63,556 nucleotides of DNA, filler included, from Octopus bimaculoides (GCF_001194135.2; 8 parts of 8 records of this genome joined end to end with filler, not necessarily neighbours in it); one strand, 5' to 3'. Positions 42,623 through 56,799 are shown, counted from the first letter of the whole stretch. The notes: a model not told the origin generated them from the letters alone. Numbers and translations: made by a program.

Positions 42623-43196
42623 CACTCATAACGAAAATAAGACAAGGTAGAAAACGGTATAATAATTTTATCATGAAGTACATTTTGGAACGGTCTATTC
42701 GGCTTTTTCGACTAAGAGTAACACAAAAGTGGATATCAATGCAGAAGAAAAGGGACTAAATTTTAAAAAAAAAACATTAAATGAAATGTTTTGTAAATAT
42801 TTCCATAGTCTTCAAATACGAAGAACATTTTCCTGCGTTTTGTTTCTNNNNNNNNNNNNNNNNNNNNNNNNNNNNNNNNNNNNNNNNNNNNTTAATTAAT
42901 TAANNNNNNNNNNNNNNNNNNNNNNNNNNNNNNNNNNNNNNNNNNNNTTCTTACTGTCAAATGTATTGAAATTTTTCAATATTTTTCTCCTCATAAATAC
43001 ATTTATATACTATAAAAAAAAAATGTAGAAAATAATGATTTCTTTTCACAACCTCACTCCCTGCCCTCGATTGTTTCTGTTTATAATTTAAGACATTGGA
43101 GAGTCTGAGGAGGTCATTGCTGGCATTTATCCACACTGATTTACAAAAGGAGGGTATGTAAATGATAATTCATTTTAATACTTTTCAGCTACGGTT

Positions 43197-43440
43197 CATG
43201 AAGTTAAAATAATAGACAGAGAACACCACTGGAAAATACGAAAACTAAAAGAAGCAGCACATATGCTAGGACACAACAACCTCCTAAGCAGACCGAGTGC
43301 CGATCTGAACAGCATGTGGGAACCGGTATTTAGGAAGGATAGGAGAATATTAGATTTATAATAGGAAAATATTAGATTAGATGAGGAAATAGATTTATAT
43401 GCCCTAAAATTCATTTTAGGTATTTTTGCTCAATAAACAC
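43197..43440 (+). mobile_element. Penelope-like GIY-YIG C-terminal fragment
   Basis: EVKIIDREHHWKIRKLKEAAHMLGHNNLLSRPSADLNSMWEPV. Confidence 0.7.
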
Positions 43441-43938
43441 TAACAGCGCCCGGTCCTGGTATCGAAACCGTGATCCCCCGACCGCGAGTCCAGTGCCCTA
43501 ACCACTGGGCCATTGCGCCTCCAGTCCAAGTCTTTCTGGTTAGTACTTAATGACAGGGCGAAGTGAGATGACAGGCAATCATGTAAAACCGCAGCTTTTA
43601 CATCAGAATATCCCTCTTTTGGTAAGATGCTGTAACAACGGCCAGGAGTCCCTTACTCCCAATGGTTTCACTGTGCATCCTCACATCGAGTATTTCTTTA
43701 TTCTCATGATCTGGAGATTGTCATCACATATGCTAGTTGACCCTTTGCTAGTACCCTTACGGGGATTTCCACTCCGGGTCACAATAGACCTGGGAACAAT
43801 AGTGGGTTGCAAGATAGTTCTACTTTCCTCAAAACTTTGGAATTCCAGAACAAGAGCCCCCACTACCGGATGCAATAGAAAGTCTTGCTGAAGATGATAC
43901 GCACACACACACATATGTACATACATGTAGATATGTAC

Positions 43939-44058
<120 letters not shown>

Positions 44059-44382
44059 ATTACAAAATGGAACAAAAACGCAAAATAGGACAATAAAACA
44101 TTCTAACAGACAGACGATACAAGGCGAACAAGAGAAACAATAATTAGAAGGTCATACATATATATACTCTTTTACTCTTTCACTTGTTTCAGTCATTTGA
44201 CTGTGGCCATGCTGGAGCACCGCCTTTAGTCAAGCAAATCGACCCCAGGACTTATTGTTTGTAAGCCTTGTACTTATTCTATCGGTTTCTTGTGCCGAAC
44301 TGCTAAGTTACGGGGACGTAAACACACCAGCATCGGTTGTCAAGCGATGTTGGGGGGACAAACCCAGACGGACAAACACATG

Positions 44383-44427
<45 letters not shown>

Positions 44428-44663
44428 GACGGGCTTCTTTCAGTTTCCGTCTACCAAATCCACTCACAAGGCTTTGGTCGGCCCGAGGCTATAGTAGAAG
44501 ACACTTGTATGTATGTATGTATGTATGTATGTATGTATGTATACACGCAAAAAATCCGTTACCTTAGTGAATTTATTATTCACTGTTTCCCATATATTGA
44601 AGCACGAAGTTCGTCTTAGTAATGATGATAATGATGATGCTGGAAAAGAAATATAAGGCTTAG

Positions 44664-44775
<112 letters not shown>

Positions 44776-45578
44776 GAATGGAGAGAGAGAGAGAGAGAGA
44801 CAAGCAGACAACCAGACAGACTGACAGAGACCACAGAAAAAGATAAAAAGCATAAAGAAAAGAAAAGAAAAAGTACAATACAAATCAACCTATTACCACT
44901 ACCCACCACCAAAAAAAGAAGAAAAAAAAGAAAAAAAAAACAGAAAATATAAATAAATAAATGAAAATGAATAGCACAAAGACATTGAGAAAGTAGGAAT
45001 ATTTCTAATGTATCTTTTGGAAGTTGTTCGAAATCAGCTGAGATTAATCCATATCTGGATTTAGTTGTTAATAGTTTACATTTACCAAACTCTATTAGCA
45101 GAGATAAGGCCGCTACCGTTGTATTCTTGCTAATATTTCAATGCCACACTTCCCAGAAGACCTCAGCAAAGCAGCTAAAACCCAGAAAAATATTACCATA
45201 TAACTACATTAACACGTCGTTCTTGCCAAAAGCCTTCCCTGTTTCAACATCCATACTTAGAGCAGCTACTTTACTCTCAGCTTGGCAGTATTTAGAATTC
45301 TTCTTCTTCTTCTTCTTCTTGCTATTGAAGTTGTTATCGTTGTTGCCGTTGCTGTTGTTGTTGTTGTTGTTGTTGTTGTTGATGTTCTTGATGTTTTTTG
45401 TTAGTGTTTTTTTTTTTGAGTCAGTGTTGATAATTATGTTTATGTGCTTATATTTTTTCATTATATAAGCATTATATATATACGTATGTATGTATATGTA
45501 TGTGTATATATATATACATCCATACATATACATAAACGCACATATATGCATACATATATATGCTAATATATATATATA

Positions 45579-45616
<38 letters not shown>

Positions 45617-45764
45617 NNNNNNNNNNNNNNNNNNNNNNNNNNNNNNNNNNNNNNNNNNNNTTAATTAATTAANNNNNNNNNNNNNNNNNNNNNNNNNNNN
45701 NNNNNNNNNNNNNNNNTATATATATATATGTACATATGTATATATGTATATATGTGTATGTGTA

Positions 45765-45814
<50 letters not shown>

Positions 45815-46474
45815 CCTAAATATATAAACATATGTAGCTTGGATTTTACCAGCTCCATTCCCTAAATTTATGTATGTGTGTGTGTGTGTGTGCGTGTGTG
45901 TGTGTTTGTGTGTATGTATGTGTGTGTATGTATGTGTGTATGCGTGCGTGTGTGTGTGAGTGTGTGTGAGTGTGTGTGAGTGTGTGTGTTTGTTTTCATT
46001 CTCTTGTTTAAGTCAACTGACTGCAGCCATGCTGGAGCACTGCCTTAAAGGGTATTTTAGTCAAATAAATTGACCCTAGGATTTATTCTTTGTAAGCATA
46101 ATACTTATTCTATCGGTGTCTTTTGCTGAACCACTAACTTAGGAGGATTTAAACACAACAACATCGGTTGTCAAGTGATAGTGAGTGGAAAAACACTGGC
46201 ACCAAGACACACACACATGTTGAATAAGTTATGAAATTATATTGTAAAATTTTCACTGCAGGAATAGATAACTTTCATCGTATTTCTGTTAAAGAAATTA
46301 TGATATCTATGATTTGTTGGAAACTAGAAAGAAATTAGATTTGAGAATGCAGACATTTAGACTATATACTGGATTATACCATATAATATATTTTGGTTAT
46401 TTTTTACATTTGGAATCATTGATGGGGACTGGATACATTATTTTACCTGTACAATCACTATTACCATGAATTTG

Positions 46475-46515
<41 letters not shown>

Positions 46516-46999
46516 CCGTTTGATTCCATCATGCCCGTTTGATTCATTAACACATGTCCATGGGCGGTGTTCCGCCAAAAAGTAAACGTTGTAAAGACGG
46601 ACCCATAACAAAACCAAAAAGAAAAAGAACGATGGACAGTTAACCATGAATACTATGAAATGGTTGAATTATGATTTACACACACTCCAATGAAACACTC
46701 CTTCAAAAACATGCAGGAATACCTAATAAAATTAACAAAGCTAACATGTGCCATAGAAGTCTGATACCCAACAGAATACAACCTGCGCTGCACAAACAAC
46801 ACAATGCAAAAACTAATACAACGGAAGACTCAACCCAAACTCCATAACAAAATATACTGATGCAACACAATATTCTCCATGGGAAAAAAATGAAAAAAAA
46901 ATGAAGCACACACGCACACCTCACCAGCACAAAAATGCAGCAAGTGAGGGAATAGAAAGTTATTTGAAACTATCAGGTGTCTAAAAATAATAGTGGTAA

Positions 47000-49385
47000 T
47001 GACGATGGTGACGAACGTTACCTTACCTCAGTGTATGAGACAGGAGTCTGCGTAGAAACTCAGATTGTAACAGCGAAAATGGGGTTGAACCTTTAAGAGG
47101 TCGCTCGCTCGGCAGTGGTTCAGACTGAACACAGCTGATAATAGAGTAAGGAGGAGGCAGTGGACCAGCGAAGAAAACAGGATAGTGATGCAACGCTACT
47201 TAGAAAGTTAACCTAATAGAAAACGGATGTGAACACTTTCGGTAGAGAAGGGTATGTTTAATGTCTGAGCAGAGACTAGTAGATAAAGTTAATGCTGTTA
47301 GAAGAAATTGGATTACAGAAATAAATGTAGAAGAGATCACAAGAGAACTGAAAAAGAAAGACCAGGCAGTGGGAAAGACAAACAACATAATAAATACAGC
47401 TCAAACCAAAGAAGAACCTAAAAGAAAAAAATAATAATAGCACTACCAATAAGGAAGGGATTACTGGTACCAGTGATTTAAGCTATTTAAATGAGGAAGA
47501 TCAAAAGATTTTAGATGAGTCGCAGGAAGTAATGAGCAAAGAAGTTAGGAAAAAACTGCCAGCATTAATAGGTACCAACAGAAAGTAACTGCTAGATATG
47601 ACTACGAAAGTAGATTCTGTTATCAGTAGGATAGATACTAAAATTATAGGAGACACTAACTTATTGATCTATGCAGGAGGGTAGTAGTTACTAGAAGATT
47701 AGATATTCCACAAGAAAAGATTAGAAAAGAGCAAATGAGGAAAAGGAGATTATAAAATAAAGCGAAGACTTTAAGACAAGATCTAAGTAGAATAAAAGCT
47801 TAGTATCTGAAAAAGTAAGGAAACACTAAATTTAAATCTTCTCTTGAGAAAAGATACTTAGCCAAAAAGAAAGGATTTGGGACAGTCATAGAAGACTTGA
47901 AACAGCGTATCATAGCAGTAGCAGGTAGATTTCCAGATATCAGAAAAGAACAGATCAGTATCAACAGAACAGATTATTTGAGACAGACCAGAGGAGATTT
48001 TGTAACCAAATAAATAGTGGAGAAGAAAGTACTGAAGGTGAGAAACCTAACGCAGAAGAAGCTAGAAAGTTCTGAAGTAATACTTAAGATAAGCCTGTCA
48101 ATTATAATGGAGATGCAAAATGGTTAAAGAAAGTGAGGAAAGAAATAGTGAGTAAGAAGCAGCCAGATCTAAAACTAACTCGTGCATTAATGAGTAAAGT
48201 GTTAGGGAAAATGCTGAACTGGAAGGGCCCAGGACCAGATTTAGCTCAAGGGTACTGGTTAAAGAAATTTAGTAGTTTACATGGGAGGCTGAAGGAACAA
48301 CCTCAAGATTGCCTTAAAGGAGGAATAATACCAGATTGGATGACTAGAGGGAGAACAATATTCCCCTTGAAAGATAAAAGCAAGGGTAATACAACTAACA
48401 ATTATAGACTAATCACTTGCTTACCATTAGCGTGGAAACTGTTAACAGGAATGATTTCAGAATGCATTTACGAGCACCTTGACGACCAGAATTTACTGCC
48501 AGAAGAACAGAAAGGTTGTAGGAAGAGGGCTAGAGGAACGCATGATCTATTATACATAGACAAGTTCTAAATGAAGCAAAATCTAGAAAGAAAAATCTAA
48601 CAATAGCATGGATAGATTACAAGAAGGCCTATGACATGATCCCACACTCACGGGTAAGTGAATGTTTGAGTATATTCAGTATAGCAGACAACCAACATAA
48701 GAGAATTAATTAGCTTTAGCATGAAGAAATGGAAAGTAGATCTCTATTCAGGTGACAGTCTTAGGGAAGGTTAATTTCAAGAGAGGAATTTTCCAAGGAG
48801 ACACGTTATCCCCTTTAATATTTGTCTTATGTTTCACTCCCCTCAGTTTAGTATTAAGGATGGCAAAGGCAGGATATCAGTTCAGAAATAGTAAGGGAAA
48901 AAATTAACCATTTTCTCTACATGGATGATCTGATTTTAGTAAGAATGAAAAAGAGATAAAATCCTTAATACAGTCTGTAAGACTCTTCAGAAAAGGGAGA
49001 CAGAAAGGCTGAAAAGGGAGGCAAAGATATAGGTATGGAGTTTGGCATAGATAAGTGTGTAATATTAGTCATGAAATGGGAAGAGGTAGTTAACAATGAA
49101 GGCATCCAATTACCAGATGGCCAGATATTGAAATTATTAAAAGGAGACAGTTATAAGTATCTAGGAGTATTAGAATCTGACAGAATACTAACTGTAGAAA
49201 TGAAAACGAAAATTGAGGAGTACATCAGAAAGGTGAGGAAGCTAATGAAGTCCGAATCTATTGAAGGCTATAAATACTTGGGCAGTATCATTACTTAGAT
49301 ACTCAGCAGCTTTCGTAGATTGGAAAACTCTGAATTAGCAAAGCTAGACAGAAGAACCAGGAAGCTAGACAGAAGATGGCCAGCA
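47000..49385 (+). mobile_element. R4/Dong-clade LINE (N-terminal domain and RT), degenerate, 3'-truncated
   Basis: RRRQWTSEENRIVM...EQRLVDK, NWKGPGPDLAQGYWLKKF, NYRLITCLP, LLPEEQKGCRK, AWIDYKKAYDMIPHS, RGIFQGDTLSPL, YMDDL and MEFGIDKC. Confidence 0.9.
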
Positions 49386-50400
49386 CTACTCTAACGGAAT
49401 ACAAAAGCGGTGACAGGAGAAATGGTCAATCAGAAGAAGTCAGTGGGCCTGCAGCTCGGCACCTGGAGAGGCAGGCTCATGCCAGCCGACAGCGTGGTGG
49501 GGCGCTGGGCGGAAGGACCTGTTAAGTTGCTTGGAGTCTGGTTCGGTCCAGATATCCAAGTGGACAAAAACTAGAGCGAGCTGGCAGACAGGGTAGTCAG
49601 TCTCACCCAGAAATGGGCCGAGAGGGAGCTGTCCCGAAAGGTCGAGTGGAGGTGGCGAATACGTACAACGCATCCGTCATATACTACCGCATGACTGTCG
49701 TCCCTTTCCCCGCCTCGTGGTTGAACGGCTGGTGTGTTTGTTGCTCTTCCGCTCACTGTGGAGGGGACAAGTACCGCTTGTCAGACGGTCCATTTGCTGG
49801 CAGCACTCATTGCGTTGAGGACTGGGCATGCCGTGGCTGAGGATGCGCAGACATGCGCTGCGGCTGTGACATCTCCAGCGATACCTTAACGGTGAGCAGG
49901 TGTGATCGCCGTTTGTTGAACGCACTTTTCCGCAGCTCGTCTCCTTGACGGAGCTACAGCCCTGGATCAGGCGTAGACCGAGGCGGGGAGCTTGGTACCT
50001 AGAGTGTTTCCAAGTGCTCACAGCCCTCGGCCAGTCGGGCAGTGCGGTCGGTGGAAGTTTCACCTTGGAGTTCTATAGAGGATTAGTAGAGGGCAAGAGC
50101 GACGACGTACTGGGCATCGAAGGGAATCAGCTGGTTGGTCTCTTCCGGGGGACTTTCGGGCCGGGAACTATGGATAACTTCCAGAAATACCTGGCCAGGC
50201 AGTGTTACCTGGGGATGCTGCCGGTTCGAGATAAGCTCTACAGGCACGGGTGTGCAGTCAGTCGGGCTTGTCCAAGATTCACGCGGAGTGATGTAACCGT
50301 TCTGCATGTTCTCGTAGTGTCCGCGCATTGCTGACTTGTGGAGCTTTGTCGAACAGGTACTGTCACGTGTAGGATAGATCCGGCTATCCATTGGTGAAGG
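49386..50400 (+). mobile_element. L1/Tx1-like LINE 3' fragment (RT C-terminus and zf-RVT)
   Basis: PVKLLGVWFG, LSRKGRVEVAN, GLGMPWL and LPVRDKLYRHG...CP...TVLH. The segment is GC-rich. Confidence 0.82.
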
Positions 50401-50488
50401 TCGCCACGCCTCCTTCCTTTGGTCGGGAAGTGAGGGCAATGTTAGTAGCTACTAACCCCAAGATTCCGAGTTCGATTCCAGGCGGTGA

Positions 50489-50536
<48 letters not shown>

Positions 50537-50588
50537 TAACATTGAAAAATACCTTAGGAATGAGAACCCAGGTTCGAAATTTCCCCAA

Positions 50589-50634
50589 GACACCTGATGA
50601 AGGCTGGAGAGTATATCAGCCGAAACGTTGTGTT
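50589..50634 (+). ncRNA. Minimal type I hammerhead ribozyme motif
   Basis: GACAC CUGAUGA A GGCUG-loop-CAGCC GAAA CG UU GUGUU. Helix III is the loopless palindrome ACGU, with predicted cleavage after 50629. Confidence 0.75.
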
Positions 50635-50840
50635 AACAACAAACAAGATGGGGACAAATATCCGTCAAATGTAAATAATGCAAATGATGTACAAAATTCC
50701 TCATCTCTTAAATATAAAACTATAATACATACATACATGCATGCATACATACATACATACATACATACATACAGACAGACATACATACAAACTTGCATGC
50801 ATACATATGTTTGTATATATCATGTATGCATGTATGTATA

Positions 50841-50876
<36 letters not shown>

Positions 50877-50899
50877 TGTATGTATGTATGTATGTATGA

Positions 50900-50937
<38 letters not shown>

Positions 50938-51473
50938 TATGCTTAAATACACATACACACACACTTTTGTATATATAATAGAAGATACGCGAAGTGTGCA
51001 TATGTGTGCGTGCGTGTGTATGTGTCTGTGTGTATACACTTCAGGTAATTGTCTTCTGTTATAAGCCCCGGGGCTTTAATTTGAAGTGTCACGCAGTGAG
51101 ACTGAACCCGGAATCATGTGATCAAATTCCCTAATTAATACGATGTCAGTAACTTTCTAGATGAAGGGCTTAATTATAAAAAAAGATGGCATGCTAACAT
51201 CAAATTAGTAAAAGCAACGATGTTGCTTGTCGCTAAGAATACTACACTATTCTGTTATAGACATAGTGTGGTGCCGTAATTGAAGAGAGCTTGCATTTTT
51301 TATTAACTATAATGGAATTTAGGAAGCGATTGCTAATTATGCCTAACTCAGTTTTAGTGGAGTTGATTAACCTACATTTAGGGTTATCAGAAAAAATGAT
51401 TTTGTAACCTATAAAAGTTATGTATCTTCTGCGTGAGACTTTGTTGTTTATAGTGAGGTTACTGACAAAGTGT

Positions 51474-51853
51474 GAAGGCGCAATGGTCCAGTGGTTAGGG
51501 CAGCGGACTCGCGGTCATAGGATCGCGGTTTCTATTCCCAGACCGGGCGTTGTGAGTGTTTATTGAGCGAAAACACCTAAAGCTCCACGAAGCTCCGGCA
51601 GGGGGTGGTAGTGAACCCTGCTGTACTCTTTCACAACTTTCTCTCACTCTTATTTCCTGTTTCTCTTGTGCCTGTAATTCAAAGGGTCAGCCTTGTCACA
51701 CTGTGTCACGCTGAATATCCCCAAGAACTACGTTAAGGGTACACGTGTCTGTGGAGTACTCAGCCACTTGGACGTTAATTTCATGAGCAGGCTGTTCCGT
51801 TGATCGGATCAACTGGAACCCTCGACGTCGTAAGCGACGGAGTGCCAACAGCA
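51474..51853 (+). mobile_element. tRNA-derived SINE, family 2 (second full copy); head-only copy at about 43447-43523 (-) and tail fragment at about 54190-54350
   Basis: Aligns end to end with 15335-15724. TSD ACTGACAAA at 51461-51469 and 51854-51862. Confidence 0.92.
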
Positions 51854-52188
51854 ACTGACAAAGTTTTGGCTTCAAGGCGCTTTGCTAAACGAACAGCGAG
51901 AAGACCGAAATTGTGATTAACGAACAATACTTGCATAGGGTCAGACACACTTATTCTCGCCGACACAAATGCATTGCACCTGACCTGTTATTAGCTTCTC
52001 CAAAAAATGTAACCAACGATGTAATTGTTTGGAAACTGCTATGTACATACATACATACGAGACTATACAAATTTCAAAGACCTTCTTAAGATGATGGTTA
52101 AAGCAAGCTGCTTTCCTTCACAATCTTGCGACCAAGTAGGTGGCCGGTCAAAATGATTTACACTAAATTAAATTAAAAATGGAAAGAG

Positions 52189-52251
<63 letters not shown>

Positions 52252-53044
52252 NNNNNNNNNNNNNNNNNNNNNNNNNNNNNNNNNNNNNNNNNNNNTTAAT
52301 TAATTAANNNNNNNNNNNNNNNNNNNNNNNNNNNNNNNNNNNNNNNNNNNNGTGTGTGTGTGTGTGTATTTGTGTGTCTTTGTGTCTGTATTTGTCACCC
52401 CACCATCACCTGACAACTGATGTTGATGTGATTATGTCCCCATAATTTAGTGGTTTGGCAGAAGAGACTGATAGAATATGTACCAGGTTTACAACGAATA
52501 AGCTCAGGGCTCGATTTCTTTAACAAAAAGGCTGTGCTCCAGCACGGCCCCAGTCAAATGACTGAAACAAGTAAAAGAATAAAAGAATAGAATGTTTCAT
52601 TCAATTAAAACGTTTATTGGGACAGCCTTATGTCTAGATTAAATAAATTCTCATTAGCCTTTTGTATAATTACACACATTGCTGAGTGTAGACAGATGAA
52701 CGATAATACTTCACTGTATCTCCTTTAAGGTGGGCATTTCTTCATTCAGTTACACTGCATTCCACCCTCTAAAAACTCACCATATTTGATGGCATAAAAG
52801 GCACATGCTTATATTATATGCCCCAGCTCAGTAACGCATATTCAAGCAAAATGATTTTAGTACAGTAAAGCTTATAGAAAGCCCAACTTGTAGGACCCAG
52901 GATGAATTTTTGAGACAATTCTTTGAAAAAAAAAGTGCATCTTATGTGCTTCAAATATATTTTATTATTTATATCACAACCTGTTCTTTTGTTTTATTTA
53001 TTTTTTTTTTACTATTTCTTTTTCATTTTCCATCTTTTTCTTAG

Positions 53045-53335
53045 CTTCAAATCCATGCATTCGAAGAAATGGAGATTGTACTCATTTTTGTTTCGCCGTA
53101 CCTATGACACAAGACATTCTCCATGGGCACCTGGGTCGCCATTGTGATTGTCCGTATGGTATGAAGTTGGACGTTGATCTCAGAACATGCATTAATCATA
53201 CTGAATATGAACCACCAGAAGAATGCCCGCCTACCNNNNNNNNNNNNNNNNNNNNNNNNNNNNNNNNNNATTACAGAGTCTGTAACCAGCATGATAATTG
53301 TTTTGATAATTCTGATGAAGTTAATTGTACATCAC
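53045..53335 (+). CDS. LRP2: Internal exon of an LDL-receptor-related protein (EGF-like domain and LDLa repeat), LRP2/megalin-like
   Basis: TTTTTCTTAG acceptor, GTGAGT donor, 291 nt, phase 1-1, with the frame preserved across a 34-N gap. Peptide: SNPCIRRNGDCTHFCFAVP...CDCPYGMKLDVDLRTC...EPPEEC...YRVCNQHDNCFDNSDEVNC. It resembles, from memory, the megalin segment NGDCSHFCF.VP...CGCPYGM.L...EPP..C...DC.DNSDE; the LRP family call is firmer than LRP2 itself. Confidence 0.82.
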
Positions 53336-53388
53336 GTGAGTTAAATACATTTATTAATTCTCTGATTCTTTAATCATTTATTTACATC

Positions 53389-53796
53389 TGGTAGAGGGAA
53401 CCTGTGGAAGAGGTAGACTCAAGAAGACTTGGGATGAGGTGGTGAAGCACGACCTTCGAACGTTGGGCTTCANNNNNNNNNNTGAAGCACGACCTTCGAA
53501 CGTTGGGCTTCATCGAGGCGATGACAAGTGACCAAGACCTTTGGAGATATGCTGTGCGTGAGAAGACCTGGCAAGCCAAGTGAGACCATAACCANNNNNN
53601 NNNNNAGTGCAGCATAACTGGCCCATTTATGAGTACCCTTCAATCATTGGGCAATAAACTGCACTAGTGAAGACCTGTTGAGGCAAGTGAAGTCGTCATG
53701 GCCAATGACAGTACTGCGTAATTGGCACCTGTGCTGGTGGCATGTAAAAAAGCACCATTCAAGCAGGGTCGATGCCAGTACTGCCTGACTGGCCCT
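53389..53796 (+). mobile_element. RTE LINE 3' end and 3' UTR with small assembly gaps
   Basis: VEGTCGRGRLKKTWDEVVKHDLRTLG...W.YAVREKT. Confidence 0.8.
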
Positions 53797-54856
53797 NNNN
53801 NNNNNNNNNNNNNNNNNNNNNNNNNNNNNNNNNNNNNNNNNNNNNNNNNNNNNNNNNNNNNNNNNNNNNNNNNNNNNNNNNNNNNNNNNNNNNNNNNNNN
53901 NNNNNNNNNNNNNNNNNNNNNNNNNNNNNNNNNNNNNNNNNNNNNNNNNNNNNNNNNNNNNNNNNNNNNNNNNNNNNNNNNNNNNNNNNNNNNNNNNNNN
54001 NNATGATGATGATGAGGATCATGATGATCATAATGATGAGGATGATTTATTGCCTAGTGAAAGCATGTAACCTAACGGTTCGAGTATTTGGTTCATGACT
54101 GGAATGTTGTGAGTTCAGTTCCAGGCAGCATGTTTTGTTTTGACCAAGACACTTTATTTCACTCCAGTCCACTCAGCTGGCAAAAATGAGTAGCACCTGT
54201 AATTCAAAGGGCCAGGTCTGTCACAGTCTGTATCACACTAAAAATCACTCCGAGAACTATGTTAAGAGTACACATTTCTGTGGAGTACTCAACCACTTGC
54301 ACATTAATTTCAAGAGCAGGCTATTCCATTAATCAGATCAACTGGAACTCCTCTTTTAGAGATTTTGGTATGATTTGATCCAATGATTTCTGTGCAAGAA
54401 AATTATATCTGCATGTAAATTCAGAAATATGTTTTTTAAATGTGTAAGTGCAGGCATGACATTGTTTAAGGAGTGTGCTTGGCAAGTATCTCACTTTGGG
54501 TCTAATCTTACCATACAGCACTTTGAGCAAGTGTTTTCTACAATAGTCTCAGACCAACCAATGCTTTGGGAGTGATTTTGGCAGATGGAAACTGCGTGAC
54601 AGTTCATCACTTATCATCATCATCATCATCATCATCCATTGTCCATGCTGGCATGGGCTGGATGGTTCGACCAGGGCTGGCACGTTGGAAGGCTGCACAG
54701 ACTCCAGTCCGATTTGGCAGTGTTTCTACAGCTGGATGCCCTTCCTAACACCAACCNNNNNNNNNNNNNNNNNNNNNNNNNNNNNNNNNNNNNNNNNNNN
54801 TTAATTAATTAANNNNNNNNNNNNNNNNNNNNNNNNNNNNNNNNNNNNNNNNNNNN

Positions 54857-54896
<40 letters not shown>

Positions 54897-55345
54897 CGAC
54901 AGAAAAACAAAAGAACTATATTGGGAAACAAAAACGAATCAACTGTGCGATACATACGTAAATATGTGTGTGTTTGTGGGTGGGGGGGGGGATTTACGCG
55001 CTCATTTCTCTACAATGGAACCCAACTATCTTTTCTCTGTTCCGCTCACCCATTCACCTTTTTTTAGACACGCACACTCGTGGGTAAGTCATACAACCAT
55101 GCACGCTCGCAAGAGAACTCTGATATCGATAGAAACGCATATATACATACATACATACATGGAGACGTGTATATGTATGTATATATATATGTGTGTATAT
55201 ATACGCGAATGCATGCGTGTAGACATTCACTCTTTTGCACACATACATACGCCACAGCGGACATTATAAGCCGAAACGGAAGGAGAAAAAAATAAATCCA
55301 CATCACCAGAGTCAAGAAATATAATATAAAAGGAATCATATATGC

Positions 55346-55379
<34 letters not shown>

Positions 55380-56799
55380 CCTTGTATATATATAAGNNNN
55401 NNNNNNNNNNNNNNNNNNNNNNNNNNNNNNNNNNNNNNNNNNNNNNNNNNNNNNNNNNNNNNNNNNNNNNNNNNNNNNNNNNNNNNNNNNNNNNNNNNNN
55501 NNNNNNNNNNNNNNNNNNNNNNNNNNNNNNNNNNNNNNNNNNNNNNNNNNNNNNNNNNNNNNNNNNNNNNNNNNNNNNNNNNNNNNNNNNNNNNNNNNNN
55601 NNNNNNNNNNNNNNNNNNNNNNNNNNNNNNNNNNNNNNNNNNNNNNNNNNNNNNNNNNNNNNNNNNNNNNNNNNNNNNNNNNNNNNNNNNNNNNNNNNNN
55701 NNNNNNNNNNNNNNNNNNNNNNNNNNNNNNNNNNNNNNNNNNNNNNNNNNNNNNNNNNNNNNNNNNNNNNNNNNNNNNNNNNNNNNNNNNNNNNNNNNNN
55801 NNNNNNNNNNNNNNNNNNNNNNNNNNNNNNNNNNNNNNNNNNNNNNNNNNNNNNNNNNNNNNNNNNNNNNNNNNNNNNNNNNNNNNNNNNNNNNNNNNNN
55901 NNNNNNNNNNNNNNNNNNNNNNNNNNNNNNNNNNNNNNNNNNNNNNNNNNNNNNNNNNNNNNNNNNNNNNNNNNNNNNNNNNNNNNNNNNNNNNNNNNNN
56001 NNNNNNNNNNNNNNNNNNNNNNNNNNNNNNNNNNNNNNNNNNNNNNNNNNNNNNNNNNNNNNNNNNNNNNNNNNNNNNNNNNNNNNNNNNNNNNNNNNNN
56101 NNNNNNNNNNNNNNNNNNNNNNNNNNNNNNNNNNNNNNNNNNNNNNNNNNNNNNNNNNNNNNNNNNNNNNNNNNNNNNNNNNNNNNNNNNNNNNNNNNNN
56201 NNNNNNNNNNATCACTCCATAGTACACCGCGCCATTCCTCACCATCTGATCCCCCGCCCCCACGCCACTACATCATTAAGGATATAACTACACCACTCCG
56301 ATTTGCATCGCACCGCGCTTTTTCCCCCCACTACACCACTCCACATTAAACCACAGCACTACGTACTACACTCCGCCACTGTACTACAATACACCACGCG
56401 GGCGTGGCAGCGTGGCGGCGTGGCTCTGAGGTAAGAAGCCTGCTTCTCAACCATATGGTTCAAGGTTCAGTCCCAGCGTGCGGCATTTTGGGTAAATGTC
56501 TTGTACTATGGCTCTAGACTAAAAAAAAAAAAAAGCGGTGTGTGCCTTCATTGCCAGAAATTAAAATAAATATCTTGGCTACGGAACCAATAACTAAACC
56601 GTCCGCAAAACAAGCCGTGAGCTTACCTATCATTAGTCTAATTGTTTTAATTAGTTTAATGCTGTTTCAACTGGCCCACTGCCGCTCAACAGTTTCTTTC
56701 GTCTTTTATTTGGGGCACGGTCTATAGGATTTTTTTTTAAAGAATAAAAAGTCTTGAATGGTACAACAATGCACTATAATATAAACAATGGACTACATA

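Noticed and set aside
43888-43900. CTGAAGATGA hammerhead start; similar CTGATGAGGAG on the minus strand near 14940 and CTGACGA at 10178
   Set aside because: Stem II, GAAA and stem I are absent or interrupted.
53436-53512. Direct repeat TGAAGCACGACCTTCGAACGTTGGGCTTCA on both sides of a 10-N gap
   Set aside because: Most likely an unmerged contig overlap within an RTE 3' end.
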